A stretch of DNA of 64,000 nt from Truepera sp. (GTDB lineage: Bacteria; Deinococcota; Deinococci; Deinococcales; Trueperaceae). Under the pieces are notes generated by a model that ran no database searches, was not told the DNA's origin, and saw only the letters and a list, made by a program, of their open reading frames with translations. This document shows positions 20,309 to 29,343 of this stretch, one piece after another. The position numbers and the translations under genes are program-made. Where the stretch lies: contig CBDCKW010000009.1 of assembly GCA_965218435.1 (NCBI GenBank), positions 32,001 to 96,000 on the forward strand, in the 5' to 3' direction. Positions within the stretch are counted from its first letter, which is position 1. Each line of letters opens with the position of its first letter.

Positions 20309-21235
20309 TTACGGCGTTTTCCCGCTGTTTGTCCTTATAAGCTCCGCTAGCCACCGGGCACCCTCGGCAAGTTGGAGCGGCGTCATCTGCGGCTCTTTGG
20401 CAAACCAGGTCCGCTGCCGTTTGGCGTAACGCCACGTTGCTTGGGTAACTTGCTCTATCATTTGCGACGTGTCCAGCACATCCGCCTCGAGAAACGCTCG
20501 CACTTCTTTATAACCGATGGCTTGGAGCGCGGTGGTGGCTTTTGGATAGCGCCCGAGCAGCCTCTCGACCTCTGCGACCAAGCCCGCTTGAAACATCGTT
20601 TGGGTGCGGCGAGTGATGGCCGCCCCCAGCGCCCCCGACTCAAGCTCGAGCCGCCGTTTGCTGTACCGGTAACGCGGCTTGGTCAGAGGGAACGTCGTCG
20701 GTGAGCGCCCGCTGCGCTCCCAGACCTCGAGCGCCCGAACCACTCTTCTGGGGTTACGCTGCGCCCGCCGCGCGTCCTCCGGGCTGAGCCGGGAGAGTTC
20801 AGCCTCAAGCGCGTCCAGGCCACCTTGCTCGAGGCGGTGCCACAGCGCCGCTTGCACCGCCTCGTCAGGAGCCGGGGTGGTCGGCAAGCCTTGGGTCAGG
20901 GCGCGAATATAAAAGCCGGTACCGCCGACCACCAGTGGCAACCGCCCCCGCGCTAAAACCTCACCGATAGCCCTTTCTGCTAACGTCACATACCGTGCGA
21001 CGCTAAACGCTTCATCGGGATAGACGACGTCGATCAGGTGATGCGGTACCCGAGCCCGCTCCTCACGGGTTGGTTTGGCGGTACCGACGTCCAGCTCGCG
21101 GTAGACCATCATGGCGTCGGCAGAGACGAGCTCGAGCCCGAACCTTTGGGCCAACGTGAGCGCGAGCACACTTTTACCGCTCGCCGTCGCACCGCCTAAA
21201 ACCGGGATAATAGGGTCAGCCGAACTTACAGGCAT
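20309..21235 (-). CDS. miaA: tRNA dimethylallyltransferase
   Basis: GATASGKS, SAD.M.VY..LDVGTAKP, GGTGFY, YAKRQ.TW. Confidence 0.95.
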   Translation of the reverse strand: MPVSSADPIIPVLGGATASGKSVLALTLAQRFGLELVSADAMMVYRELDVGTAKPTREERARVPHHLIDVVYPDEAFSVARYVTLAERAIGEVLARGRLPLVVGGTGFYIRALTQGLPTTPAPDEAVQAALWHRLEQGGLDALEAELSRLSPEDARRAQRNPRRVVRALEVWERSGRSPTTFPLTKPRYRYSKRRLELESGALGAAITRRTQTMFQAGLVAEVERLLGRYPKATTALQAIGYKEVRAFLEADVLDTSQMIEQVTQATWRYAKRQRTWFAKEPQMTPLQLAEGARWLAELIRTNSGKTP

Positions 21236-21300
21236 ATAATTCCGTAGCTGCATGTACCAACGCCGCAAAGAGGCAAAAAAGGGCGTGTTAAGCTCCCGTT

Positions 21301-21708
21301 ATGGAGTTGGATAAACGCGATAATGCACCGGAAGGGACGCAACAAGAGACGCAGCGCGACCTGCAGAGCCTGCTTATCTTGCGCGACCGGGTAAGCGAGC
21401 TGGCGGCTGGGGTTGCGCCCCGCAGCCTCGAGCTCAAGCTCGACTTGCTCGACGTGGGTGAAGCGTACCGGCTGATTGTAGACCTGCCGGGTGTCGCCCA
21501 AGACGACCTCGAGATTGCCCTGCACGGACGGCAGCTCACCATCGCGGGCCTGCGCGACATGAACGCAGGTGAGCAGACGTTTGTCGTACGCGAACGCGCG
21601 GGCGGCCACTTTCAGCGGACGCTCGAGCTGCCCAGCGACGTTCACTACGAAGCGAGTAGCGCCCACTTGCGCGAAGGGTTGCTGATCCTTCATCTGCCCA
21701 AAGTCTAA
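21301..21708 (+). CDS. Hsp20/alpha-crystallin small heat-shock protein
   Basis: DLPGV, ER..G.F.R...LP, G.L...LPK. Confidence 0.9.
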   Translation: MELDKRDNAPEGTQQETQRDLQSLLILRDRVSELAAGVAPRSLELKLDLLDVGEAYRLIVDLPGVAQDDLEIALHGRQLTIAGLRDMNAGEQTFVVRERAGGHFQRTLELPSDVHYEASSAHLREGLLILHLPKV

Positions 21709-21840
21709 GCTTTTTCGTCCAGGTTCTTTTGTCATTAGCAGTTAAAGGCGCAACCCTAATCAAGGCAACTGGTTTGGGTTGGCTCGCGCCAACTTGAAAC
21801 GTGATAGTAAAGCAGTATCCGGTACGCATGTTTTGAGCTG

Positions 21841-21875
21841 AAATCCCGTCGGCCTCGGTAAGGCCGACGGGATTT
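21841..21875. terminator. perfect 15-bp hairpin between convergent genes
   Basis: AAATCCCGTCGGCCT-cggta-AGGCCGACGGGATTT. Confidence 0.75.
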
Positions 21876-21906
21876 GCGTTCAGTCGGGATAAAAACGGCT
21901 GCCCTT

Positions 21907-22920
21907 TTAGTAGGTACTCCCGTCGCCTGTAACGGGGTCGACTTCGTTCGTAGAGGTGCCGGAAGCGTTGGTTCCAGAGCCGTTACCCGTGGTGCTGTCG
22001 CTACCGGTACTTGAAGCCGAACTATTGTCGCCGCCGAAGCTGCCCAAACTCGGGAGCGTCGCGTCCTTGCCGCCGGTATCGAGCGTAAAGGTTCCCTGAA
22101 CCCCGGAGGTGACGACGACATCGTTGCTGTCTAAGTCGTATTCGATCACTTCGCCCTCAACTCTACCGTCGGCGTTACGGCTCCAGGCCGGATTACCGCG
22201 CAGCACGGCAAACCCGGCCTCTTCGTCAAGCTCCAACGTTTCTGCGCCGCTGGTGCGCCCGTCGGACTCGACCTTGACCTTGCCCTTAAGCATCTGCGTA
22301 TCGTCGTCAACGTTAAACGACAGCCGTGAAGACGACGCCGTAAGTGCCGGGGAGTCGCCCGAGGCGCGTCTTGAAAGACTGACCGGCCCGACCATCTCCC
22401 CGACGCCGCGGCTGTTTTCGTAGAGCAGTGACGTGCCCTCGGTGGTGGTGCGCCCTTTTAAAATGGTCACCTTTTCGCTCTTTTCGCGTTTGAGGTTTTG
22501 CGGGCAGAGCGTCTCTTCATTGCGACCGAGCGACCCGCCAAAAAAGCTGAGGACAGCCTTGTCCTGTGCGTCCGCGCCCCCCTCTTTAGGTTGGGTACGG
22601 AGGACGATGCTCGAGCGTATCCGCGTGTTATCCACTTTGGTGTCAATACGTTTGGGATTTGGCGCGTAGTAGAACGACAGGTTTTCGTTTTTACGGCACT
22701 CGCTCCCGCCACGCGTCACCGAAATGCCGCCCTCGGCGTCGGTGGCGGTCTGCTGTACGGTGATCGGGCGGTCGTCGCGTTTAAGTTCAAACGACGGCAA
22801 GTTGGCGTCTAGGTTGGCGGTAGCAGCAGGCGTGGCAGGCGGCGGGGCGGCGGTCTGGGCCACCCCGACCCCGACACCGAGTAGTCCCGCGCCCAACCAG
22901 AGCATCACGCGCCGCTTCAC
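21907..22920 (-). CDS. exported LptA/OstA-like beta-jellyroll protein
   Basis: signal peptide; L.GNP..., G..IEYDL; Ser/Gly/Thr-rich tail; GTG start inferred. Confidence 0.65.
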   Translation of the reverse strand: MKRRVMLWLGAGLLGVGVGVAQTAAPPPATPAATANLDANLPSFELKRDDRPITVQQTATDAEGGISVTRGGSECRKNENLSFYYAPNPKRIDTKVDNTRIRSSIVLRTQPKEGGADAQDKAVLSFFGGSLGRNEETLCPQNLKREKSEKVTILKGRTTTEGTSLLYENSRGVGEMVGPVSLSRRASGDSPALTASSSRLSFNVDDDTQMLKGKVKVESDGRTSGAETLELDEEAGFAVLRGNPAWSRNADGRVEGEVIEYDLDSNDVVVTSGVQGTFTLDTGGKDATLPSLGSFGGDNSSASSTGSDSTTGNGSGTNASGTSTNEVDPVTGDGSTY

Positions 22921-22927
22921 CGTAGTC

Positions 22928-23974
22928 TTACTGCGCCTTGGCGGTTTCGCTCGAGAGGCTAAACTGCGCCGTATCAAAGCTCGGCGTCGGGTCGCTCAGC
23001 TGCTGCACCGCGTTAATGTCGGTGCGCTGCTCGATCCGTGCGCCGCGAATCGTCGAGCCGAACGCGGCGTCAACCGAGACCGCCGGATTGCCGATCACTT
23101 CAGCTCTCGAGGCCGTGTCGTCGTAGTAAAGCGTGGTACCGGTCGTCGTGTTGTCTCCGTCTATAATCGCAACGTTGCCGGTCGCGAGCAGCACATCGGT
23201 ATCGGTCAGGGCGCGAATCTCGTCGGCGGTAATCGTCAAGAAGGTGCCGTCATCGTTTTTACGCCGCGCCACCGCTTGACCCGTCTGATTGCTCAGCACC
23301 GCCAAATCGCGTCCCTCTTCAAAGATCAGTTCGTCCGCCTGGGCGTCTTGTGCGCCGTTCACGAGCGTGACGTTCCCTTGGCTGGTGCTCGTATCGGTAT
23401 CGACGTCAAAGGTCACCTTGTCGGTACCGATGTTGACCACGTTGTCCCCTTTTTTAGCAGGTTGCACGACAATCGCGGTCTTTTGGGGCATCACGCCGCG
23501 TCCCGTTTGTTCGCTATAGGTCAGTGCCGAGCCGGTTGCAGTCAACCGTCCCCGTTCAACCCGGACACCGCCGGTAAAGCTCGCCTCGCGCTCCCCTTCT
23601 GCCTCGGCGATCAGCACGCCTTTGGGCGCACGCAGCTCGCCGCGTTGCGCGAATATCTCGAGGTTTGAGACTTTAGCCTCGAGCCCGTCTTTTTTGGGGT
23701 GCTCGTAGATATAGGGGCCGTAACGCAGATCGGGGCTGTTCCTCGTCCCGCCGTCGTAAGTAATGGTGATAATGCGCTGGCCCGGTTTAGATACCGGTTG
23801 TGCTTGCGTATTCTCTGCCGCTGCGCCGCCCGACTGCGTGTTTTCGGTCTGAGTGTCTGCCCCGGCACCTGTCTGGGTACCGCCCGACGCGGTTTGGGCC
23901 GAAGCGGTTCCAACGAGTAAAAGAGCGGCTAATGTAAGTTTAGACAAGTTTTTGGATTTGGATAACGTGGGCAT
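22928..23974 (-). CDS. exported LptA/OstA-like beta-jellyroll protein
   Basis: signal peptide; repeated F.GGV.V, A.GNV.I, LYYDD...A...GNP motifs. Confidence 0.7.
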   Translation of the reverse strand: MPTLSKSKNLSKLTLAALLLVGTASAQTASGGTQTGAGADTQTENTQSGGAAAENTQAQPVSKPGQRIITITYDGGTRNSPDLRYGPYIYEHPKKDGLEAKVSNLEIFAQRGELRAPKGVLIAEAEGEREASFTGGVRVERGRLTATGSALTYSEQTGRGVMPQKTAIVVQPAKKGDNVVNIGTDKVTFDVDTDTSTSQGNVTLVNGAQDAQADELIFEEGRDLAVLSNQTGQAVARRKNDDGTFLTITADEIRALTDTDVLLATGNVAIIDGDNTTTGTTLYYDDTASRAEVIGNPAVSVDAAFGSTIRGARIEQRTDINAVQQLSDPTPSFDTAQFSLSSETAKAQ

Positions 23975-23995
23975 AAAACTCCTCAGGTTCTGGGC

Positions 23996-24553
23996 TTAGT
24001 TGGCGGTATCTCTAAAACTGTCTTTGTTGCGGGTACCTTCGCCCCCGGTTTGAACATCAGTAAGGTCAAAATTCATGCTCAGATTTCTAGACGTGCTGAT
24101 GTCTTCTCCCGTTTCGTCAGTGATACTAATAGCTGGCGCGATAAATCTGCCTTGTTCTTGATCTAAACGCACCGGATCACCGTTTTGTGCCCGCATGTCG
24201 AGTGTCCAGCCCACATCGGGGATGTAGACCTCGAGCCCCTGCCCCCGGAGGTTTTCTTGGGCGTCAATGACCAACCGCTTTGAAGCCAAAGTAAAGTCGG
24301 TTTTGCCGCCGACGGTCCGCTCCGCGTCTTTGATGTCGTGTAAAACGGTCTCTTGTACGTCGGGCTCGTAATCAACTTGCGCGGCAGCAAAATGCCACAC
24401 AGCCTTGGGGTCGGCCTGCGGGTAGAGCGTTACGCGCGCGTCTGCAAGTGCAATCGTCCCGCCCGGCGTCACCTGCTTCCGCTGCGGGAGCAGCGACAGT
24501 ACGACGAGGACGACGACCGTAAGGCTGAGCGCGAAAAGGGCAAGCCGGAACAC
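23996..24553 (-). CDS. single-TM beta-rich protein, LptC-like
   Basis: N-terminal TM then W.F.A....Y pattern; lies upstream of two OstA-like genes. Confidence 0.5.
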   Translation of the reverse strand: MFRLALFALSLTVVVLVVLSLLPQRKQVTPGGTIALADARVTLYPQADPKAVWHFAAAQVDYEPDVQETVLHDIKDAERTVGGKTDFTLASKRLVIDAQENLRGQGLEVYIPDVGWTLDMRAQNGDPVRLDQEQGRFIAPAISITDETGEDISTSRNLSMNFDLTDVQTGGEGTRNKDSFRDTAN

Positions 24554-24657
24554 GGTTTTAATCTATCAGCCCATTGCCGTGAGAAGCGTGACGAAATCGT
24601 CAAGGTGACGACACCTAAACCGAGCGTTCAACTTAAATGCTCGGGCGAAGGGGCCTG

Positions 24658-24666
24658 TGCTATACT
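24658..24666 (+). promoter_or_regulatory. extended -10 promoter of sigA
   Basis: TGcTATACT about 155 nt upstream of the GTG start. Confidence 0.6.
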
Positions 24667-24820
24667 CCTACGTTAGCGAAGTAGCGGCCAGCTGGTTTGC
24701 GGTGAGCACCTCTAAGACCCGGCCTCAATTTGGGTTTTGTCTGAAATATCCGGCAGCTCAGACGTACCGAGCCGCCCCTATCTGTTTTGTTTTATCCACC
24801 TTCTGCCTACTGGAGGCAAA

Positions 24821-26164
24821 GTGACTGAAGCCAATGTTAAGGTTAAATCCCCCAAAAAAACACCTGTCAAAAAGGGGCTCAAGCCCACAAAAAGCGAAGT
24901 GCCCGTCAGTGGTCCTGTGTGGCGCTCTGCGCCGCAGATTCAAAAGCTCTTTGAAACCGGCAAACGCGAAGGCTCACTCAACTCCGAAGAGATTACTGCG
25001 GCGCTCAACCAGGCGGTCGAGTCGCTGAACTTAGATAGTGCGAGCGACGACTTTGAAACCCTGATCGGGCTGTTAGGGGCACAAGGCATTGAAATCGCTG
25101 ACTTAGCCGACGACGAAGTGATTGACGAAGATGAGTTTGACGGTGTTGCCGAGCTCGAGGACGCCGAGGATGACGACGGCGAGCTGAGCCGTGACCGCGA
25201 AGAGATGGAAGCGCGCGCCGAGGCGATGGCCGGGAGCCGCTTATCAACCAACGACCCGGTGCGGCAGTACTTGCACGAAATCGGCCGCGTCAGCTTACTG
25301 ACGCTCGAGGAAGAAATCTCACTCGCGCGGCGGATTGAAGAGGGTGAAGCGGCGCAAAAACGCTTGGCTGAAGAGGGCGAAGGACTGCCCGAACGGACCC
25401 AACGCGGTCTTAGGCGCGTTGAAGAAGACGGCGACATGGCGCGGCAACACCTGATCGAAGCGAACTTGCGCCTCGTCGTTTCGATTGCCAAAAAGTACAC
25501 CGGACGCGGCCTGTCATTTTTAGACCTCATCCAAGAGGGTAATCAGGGCCTTATTCGAGCCGTGGAAAAGTTTGAATACCGCCGCCGCTACAAGTTCTCC
25601 ACCTACGCGACCTGGTGGATTCGCCAAGCAATCAACCGCGCCATCGCCGACCAAGCCCGCACGATTCGTATCCCCGTACATATGGTCGAAACCATCAATA
25701 AACTGACCCGCACCGCGCGGCAGTTGCAGCAAGAACTCTCGCGTGAACCGACCTACGAAGAGGTCGCCGACGCGATGGGGCCGGGGTGGAACGCTGAAAA
25801 GGTCGAAGAGGTCTTCAAGGTCTCGCAGGAGCCGGTGTCGTTAGAAACCCCTATCGGGGACGAAAAAGACTCGTTTTACGGCGACTTTATCCCCGACGAT
25901 AACGTCGAATCACCAGTTGACCAGGCGAGCAAAACGCTCCTCAGCGAAGAACTCGAAAAAGCCTTGGATAAACTGACTGAACGCGAGTCGATGGTCCTGA
26001 AGTTTCGCAAAGGTCTTGTTGACGGGCGCGAACACACCTTAGAGGAGGTCGGCGCACACTTTGGCGTGACGCGTGAGCGGATTCGGCAGATTGAAAACAA
26101 GGCGCTCCGCAAACTCAAATATCACGAGTCGCGGACGCGGAAACTGCGCGACTTTTTAGATTAA
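24821..26164 (+). CDS. rpoD: primary RNA polymerase sigma factor
   Basis: [46 protein letters not shown] after GGAGG. Confidence 0.97.
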   Translation: MTEANVKVKSPKKTPVKKGLKPTKSEVPVSGPVWRSAPQIQKLFETGKREGSLNSEEITAALNQAVESLNLDSASDDFETLIGLLGAQGIEIADLADDEVIDEDEFDGVAELEDAEDDDGELSRDREEMEARAEAMAGSRLSTNDPVRQYLHEIGRVSLLTLEEEISLARRIEEGEAAQKRLAEEGEGLPERTQRGLRRVEEDGDMARQHLIEANLRLVVSIAKKYTGRGLSFLDLIQEGNQGLIRAVEKFEYRRRYKFSTYATWWIRQAINRAIADQARTIRIPVHMVETINKLTRTARQLQQELSREPTYEEVADAMGPGWNAEKVEEVFKVSQEPVSLETPIGDEKDSFYGDFIPDDNVESPVDQASKTLLSEELEKALDKLTERESMVLKFRKGLVDGREHTLEEVGAHFGVTRERIRQIENKALRKLKYHESRTRKLRDFLD

Positions 26165-26174
26165 GAGGATGAGC

Positions 26175-26217
26175 AAACGAGCCATGAGCGAAGCTAAAAC
26201 TCATGGCTCGTTTTTTT
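26175..26217 (+). terminator. intrinsic terminator of rpoD
   Basis: AAACGAGCCATGAG/CTCATGGCTCGTTT plus T-tract. Confidence 0.85.
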
Positions 26218-26962
26218 ATTGCACAGGCCCTAGCAGGCGCTCTCGCAACTTTTGCTGTACTTCTTGGCCGAGTCCACACGCCTCTAAATAATCTTCGACA
26301 CCGCCGTACCGCTCAAGGTGAGAAAGTGCTCCGAGAATCGCTTCGGGTTTGGACGTTAGCTGTTCTGCTAGACGCGCACGTTCTTCAGGATCGGCTTTCT
26401 CAGTAAGCATTTCTCTATAACGCTCAGCTAAGTAACGGTCACTAAGCGCATAATCTGCTGTAATATCGGCGTCTGCTACGCCTACTAAGTTCAGGGCCAG
26501 AGCTGCGATAAGTCCGGTACGGTCTTTTCCTGAATGACAATGAAAGACCACCGCACCTACAGGAGCCGTAGCTATAGCTGTTAGAATCTCACCGACGTTT
26601 TTTTGAAAATGCCGCAACATGATCCGGTACATCTCGGTTAAAGTAGGCGCTGCGTTGACAAGCGCAATAGCTTCCGTATCGGTTTCGTTCAGCAGCGGGA
26701 GGTTCAGGTAACGCAGACCAGCATCTGCACAGCGTGCAAAAGGGTTCGCCTCGAGGTCGAGTTCGTAAGGCGACCGCAAATCAATAATGGTTGAAACACC
26801 GGTTTCTCGAACAGCCTGCTGACCAGCGGCGGTAAGGCGTGCCAAGTTGTCTGAACGAATCAAGCTGTTAGTGCGCGTAAAACGACCATTCGCGGCGGCG
26901 TATCCGCCCAGCTCGCGTACATTTAGACACCCATTCCAAAAGAGGCGTCGGGATGAGTTCAC
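26216..26962 (-). CDS. tyrosine/dual-specificity phosphatase family protein
   Basis: NVRELGG, IDLRS, HCHSGKDRTG P-loop, DYALS. Confidence 0.9.
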   Translation of the reverse strand: MNSSRRLFWNGCLNVRELGGYAAANGRFTRTNSLIRSDNLARLTAAGQQAVRETGVSTIIDLRSPYELDLEANPFARCADAGLRYLNLPLLNETDTEAIALVNAAPTLTEMYRIMLRHFQKNVGEILTAIATAPVGAVVFHCHSGKDRTGLIAALALNLVGVADADITADYALSDRYLAERYREMLTEKADPEERARLAEQLTSKPEAILGALSHLERYGGVEDYLEACGLGQEVQQKLRERLLGPVQ

Positions 26963-26986
26963 AATAACTGTCTGTATTTGAACACT

Positions 26987-28165
26987 TTATTTGCCGTATT
27001 TGGTTCGGCGCTCGAGCCACTTGAGCAAACTCGAGGCTACGAGCGTCACCGCGATGTAGAGCAGCGCGACGGTATTAAACGGCGGAAATACCTGAAAATT
27101 GGCGGCTTGATACTCACGGGCGAGCTGGGTTAGTTCGCGTACCCCTAAAACGGAGAGCAGCGACGAGTCTTTAAGCATGGCGATAAACTCGTTGCCGAGG
27201 GGCGGCGTCACGATGCGCAGGGCCTGCGGCAAGACGACGAAACGGGCGGTTTGTGCGCCTGAAAGCCCTAATGTGCGAGCGGCTTCACGCTGGCCGTGCG
27301 GGACGGCTTCGATGCCTGCGCGAAAGATTTCAGCCAGGTACGCGGCGTAACCGAGGGCAATCGCCACGACCCCACGCATTAAAATCGGCATATTGATAAA
27401 GCCGCCGGTCGCGTCCCGGAGTGCGCCCTGGAGGGGAAAGCCGACGTAGAGGATAATCACGAGCATCGGGATGCCGCGAATCATATCGATATAGAGTTCG
27501 GCGAAGATTCGGAGTGGATGCTCAAAGCTCCACCAGCCGGCGGCGCTCAGCATCGCCACTAGCACGGCGAGCACGGCGGTTAAGAGAGCCGGGTTCCGCG
27601 CGCCTGAAGGGAGAAAGTCGGTTTGCCAGAGCGTCCCTGCAGCTTGCGGCACCTGCGCGGTGGGGATAAAGGCGGCGCTGACGGTACCGGATTTAAGCCC
27701 TGCAAGCGCGTCAGCTACAGAGCTGTACGAGCGCACCGACATTCCGTCGCCACCGTAAGCCCCGGACTGAATCTGTTTGGAAACGCGGGAAGGCGTGCCC
27801 TCGAGAATCGCCACACGTCCGCTGGTGTCCCCGATGAGTGTGTAGTCAGCGGTCGGCCTCGTAAAGAAGAAGACGCTGGCAAGCGCCGCTAACAGTGCAA
27901 AAAGACCAAAACGCAGGTTCGTCCAGCGGCTACATTTGAGGAGCAGCAGTCCGGCTAGACCCAGACCTAATAAGAGGGCCGTGACGTAGGCGAGGATCGT
28001 CACGATGGCTGTGACGCCGACACCGGGGACGATGTAGCGGAGCGCCCGCTGATAGTCCGGCGCAGTGACGAACAGATAAATGACAAAGGGCAGCGCACTT
28101 AAGAGAACTAGGGTGCTGGGACCTAAACCGCTACGCTGGGTTGGGGTAGGCGCAGGTTTAGTCAC
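26987..28165 (-). CDS. polar amino acid ABC transporter permease with an inserted extracytoplasmic domain
   Basis: RGIP.LV, AEIFRAG, GQREAA..LG, KDSSL; soluble insert between TM segments. Confidence 0.88.
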   Translation of the reverse strand: MTKPAPTPTQRSGLGPSTLVLLSALPFVIYLFVTAPDYQRALRYIVPGVGVTAIVTILAYVTALLLGLGLAGLLLLKCSRWTNLRFGLFALLAALASVFFFTRPTADYTLIGDTSGRVAILEGTPSRVSKQIQSGAYGGDGMSVRSYSSVADALAGLKSGTVSAAFIPTAQVPQAAGTLWQTDFLPSGARNPALLTAVLAVLVAMLSAAGWWSFEHPLRIFAELYIDMIRGIPMLVIILYVGFPLQGALRDATGGFINMPILMRGVVAIALGYAAYLAEIFRAGIEAVPHGQREAARTLGLSGAQTARFVVLPQALRIVTPPLGNEFIAMLKDSSLLSVLGVRELTQLAREYQAANFQVFPPFNTVALLYIAVTLVASSLLKWLERRTKYGK

Positions 28166-28273
28166 AGGGTGCGCCCACAGCAGCCTGAACAAACGCAAAC
28201 CTGGAAAACGTAGACAAGCACAACCCGAAACGTAAAAAGCCCGGTAAAACCGGGCCAAGGCAAAACGTCGTCA

Positions 28274-29026
28274 CTACTGTTTAACAGCCAGCCATTTGGT
28301 TCTGAGTTTCTCCAAGGTGCCGTCGGCTTTAATCTCGGCGAGCCCGGTGTTGAGGGCGTCTACGAGTGGGTCGCCCTCTTGCACGACGAAGCCGAGGTCG
28401 GTCCCGGATTCTACGTTATCAATGCTGACGGTAAGTTGACCGGCGTACTGCTCGACAAACGCGTCCGCTGAGGTACCGTCAATTTCAACGCCGTCTACGT
28501 CACCGTTTAAGAGTGCCTGCACCGCCGTGTTGAAATTGTCGTACAACCGGAGCCGGTCGCGTCCGACAAGTTTTTCAGCGGTGACGGCGTTCGTCGTGCC
28601 GGTCTGTGCTCCTAAAATCAGGTCGCCACCGGTAAAATCTTCTAAGGTCAGGTCGCGGTCTGCAACCCGTACGGCAATCGCTTCGGTGACCGCGAGGTAG
28701 GGGTCGGTAAAGTCTACAATTTGGTCGCGTTCGGGAGTAATCGACACGCCCGAGGCCACCATATCGAACTCGCCATTGGCGAGGGCCGGAAAAATGCCGT
28801 CCCAGGCGGTCGTTTTGAACTGAGCGACGCAGTTGACTTTCTTACAGATGGCGTTCATCACGTCTATATCGAAACCGACAGCCTTACCCTGTTGGTTGAT
28901 CGTTTCAAACGGGGGATAGGTGGTGTCTGAGCCGATGACGAGCGTCCGGCCCCCCAGATCAGCTGAACCGCTCTGGGCAAAAGCGAAGGGTGTGAGTAAG
29001 AGCGCGACGAGCAAAATGTATTTCAT
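28274..29026 (-). CDS. polar amino acid ABC transporter substrate-binding protein
   Basis: YPPFE, GFDID, WDGIF, ITPER, GTT; AAGGAG SD. Confidence 0.92.
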   Translation of the reverse strand: MKYILLVALLLTPFAFAQSGSADLGGRTLVIGSDTTYPPFETINQQGKAVGFDIDVMNAICKKVNCVAQFKTTAWDGIFPALANGEFDMVASGVSITPERDQIVDFTDPYLAVTEAIAVRVADRDLTLEDFTGGDLILGAQTGTTNAVTAEKLVGRDRLRLYDNFNTAVQALLNGDVDGVEIDGTSADAFVEQYAGQLTVSIDNVESGTDLGFVVQEGDPLVDALNTGLAEIKADGTLEKLRTKWLAVKQ

Positions 29027-29343
29027 GGAAGCTCCTTTAGGGCGTGTTTGAGTCGAGGTCATACACGATTATAGACCGTAAGCCGTTCAAGTGTAAGGGG
29101 AACTCTTGACGACGAGAAAAATGTCGGGGGCAACCAGTAGCAATAAGCTCGAGACCAAATCAGCTCATTATGGTTGGGCCGACTTTGTGTCAATAAGGGG
29201 CGTTCGTACCGGCTCAAAGACGGGGGTTTGTTATGCTCAGGCGTGTCTAGGCGTACTTGTCAGATCACCCCTGTCAAGCGAACTGTCAAGTAAACGCGCC
29301 GAGCTATCTAAGTGACCCATAGTGTGCCGCCTCAAAAGAGCCG

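Noticed and set aside
22724..23668. 314-aa antisense ORF and many similar shadow ORFs
   Set aside because: Opposite well-supported genes, no recognisable motifs; expected in GC-rich DNA
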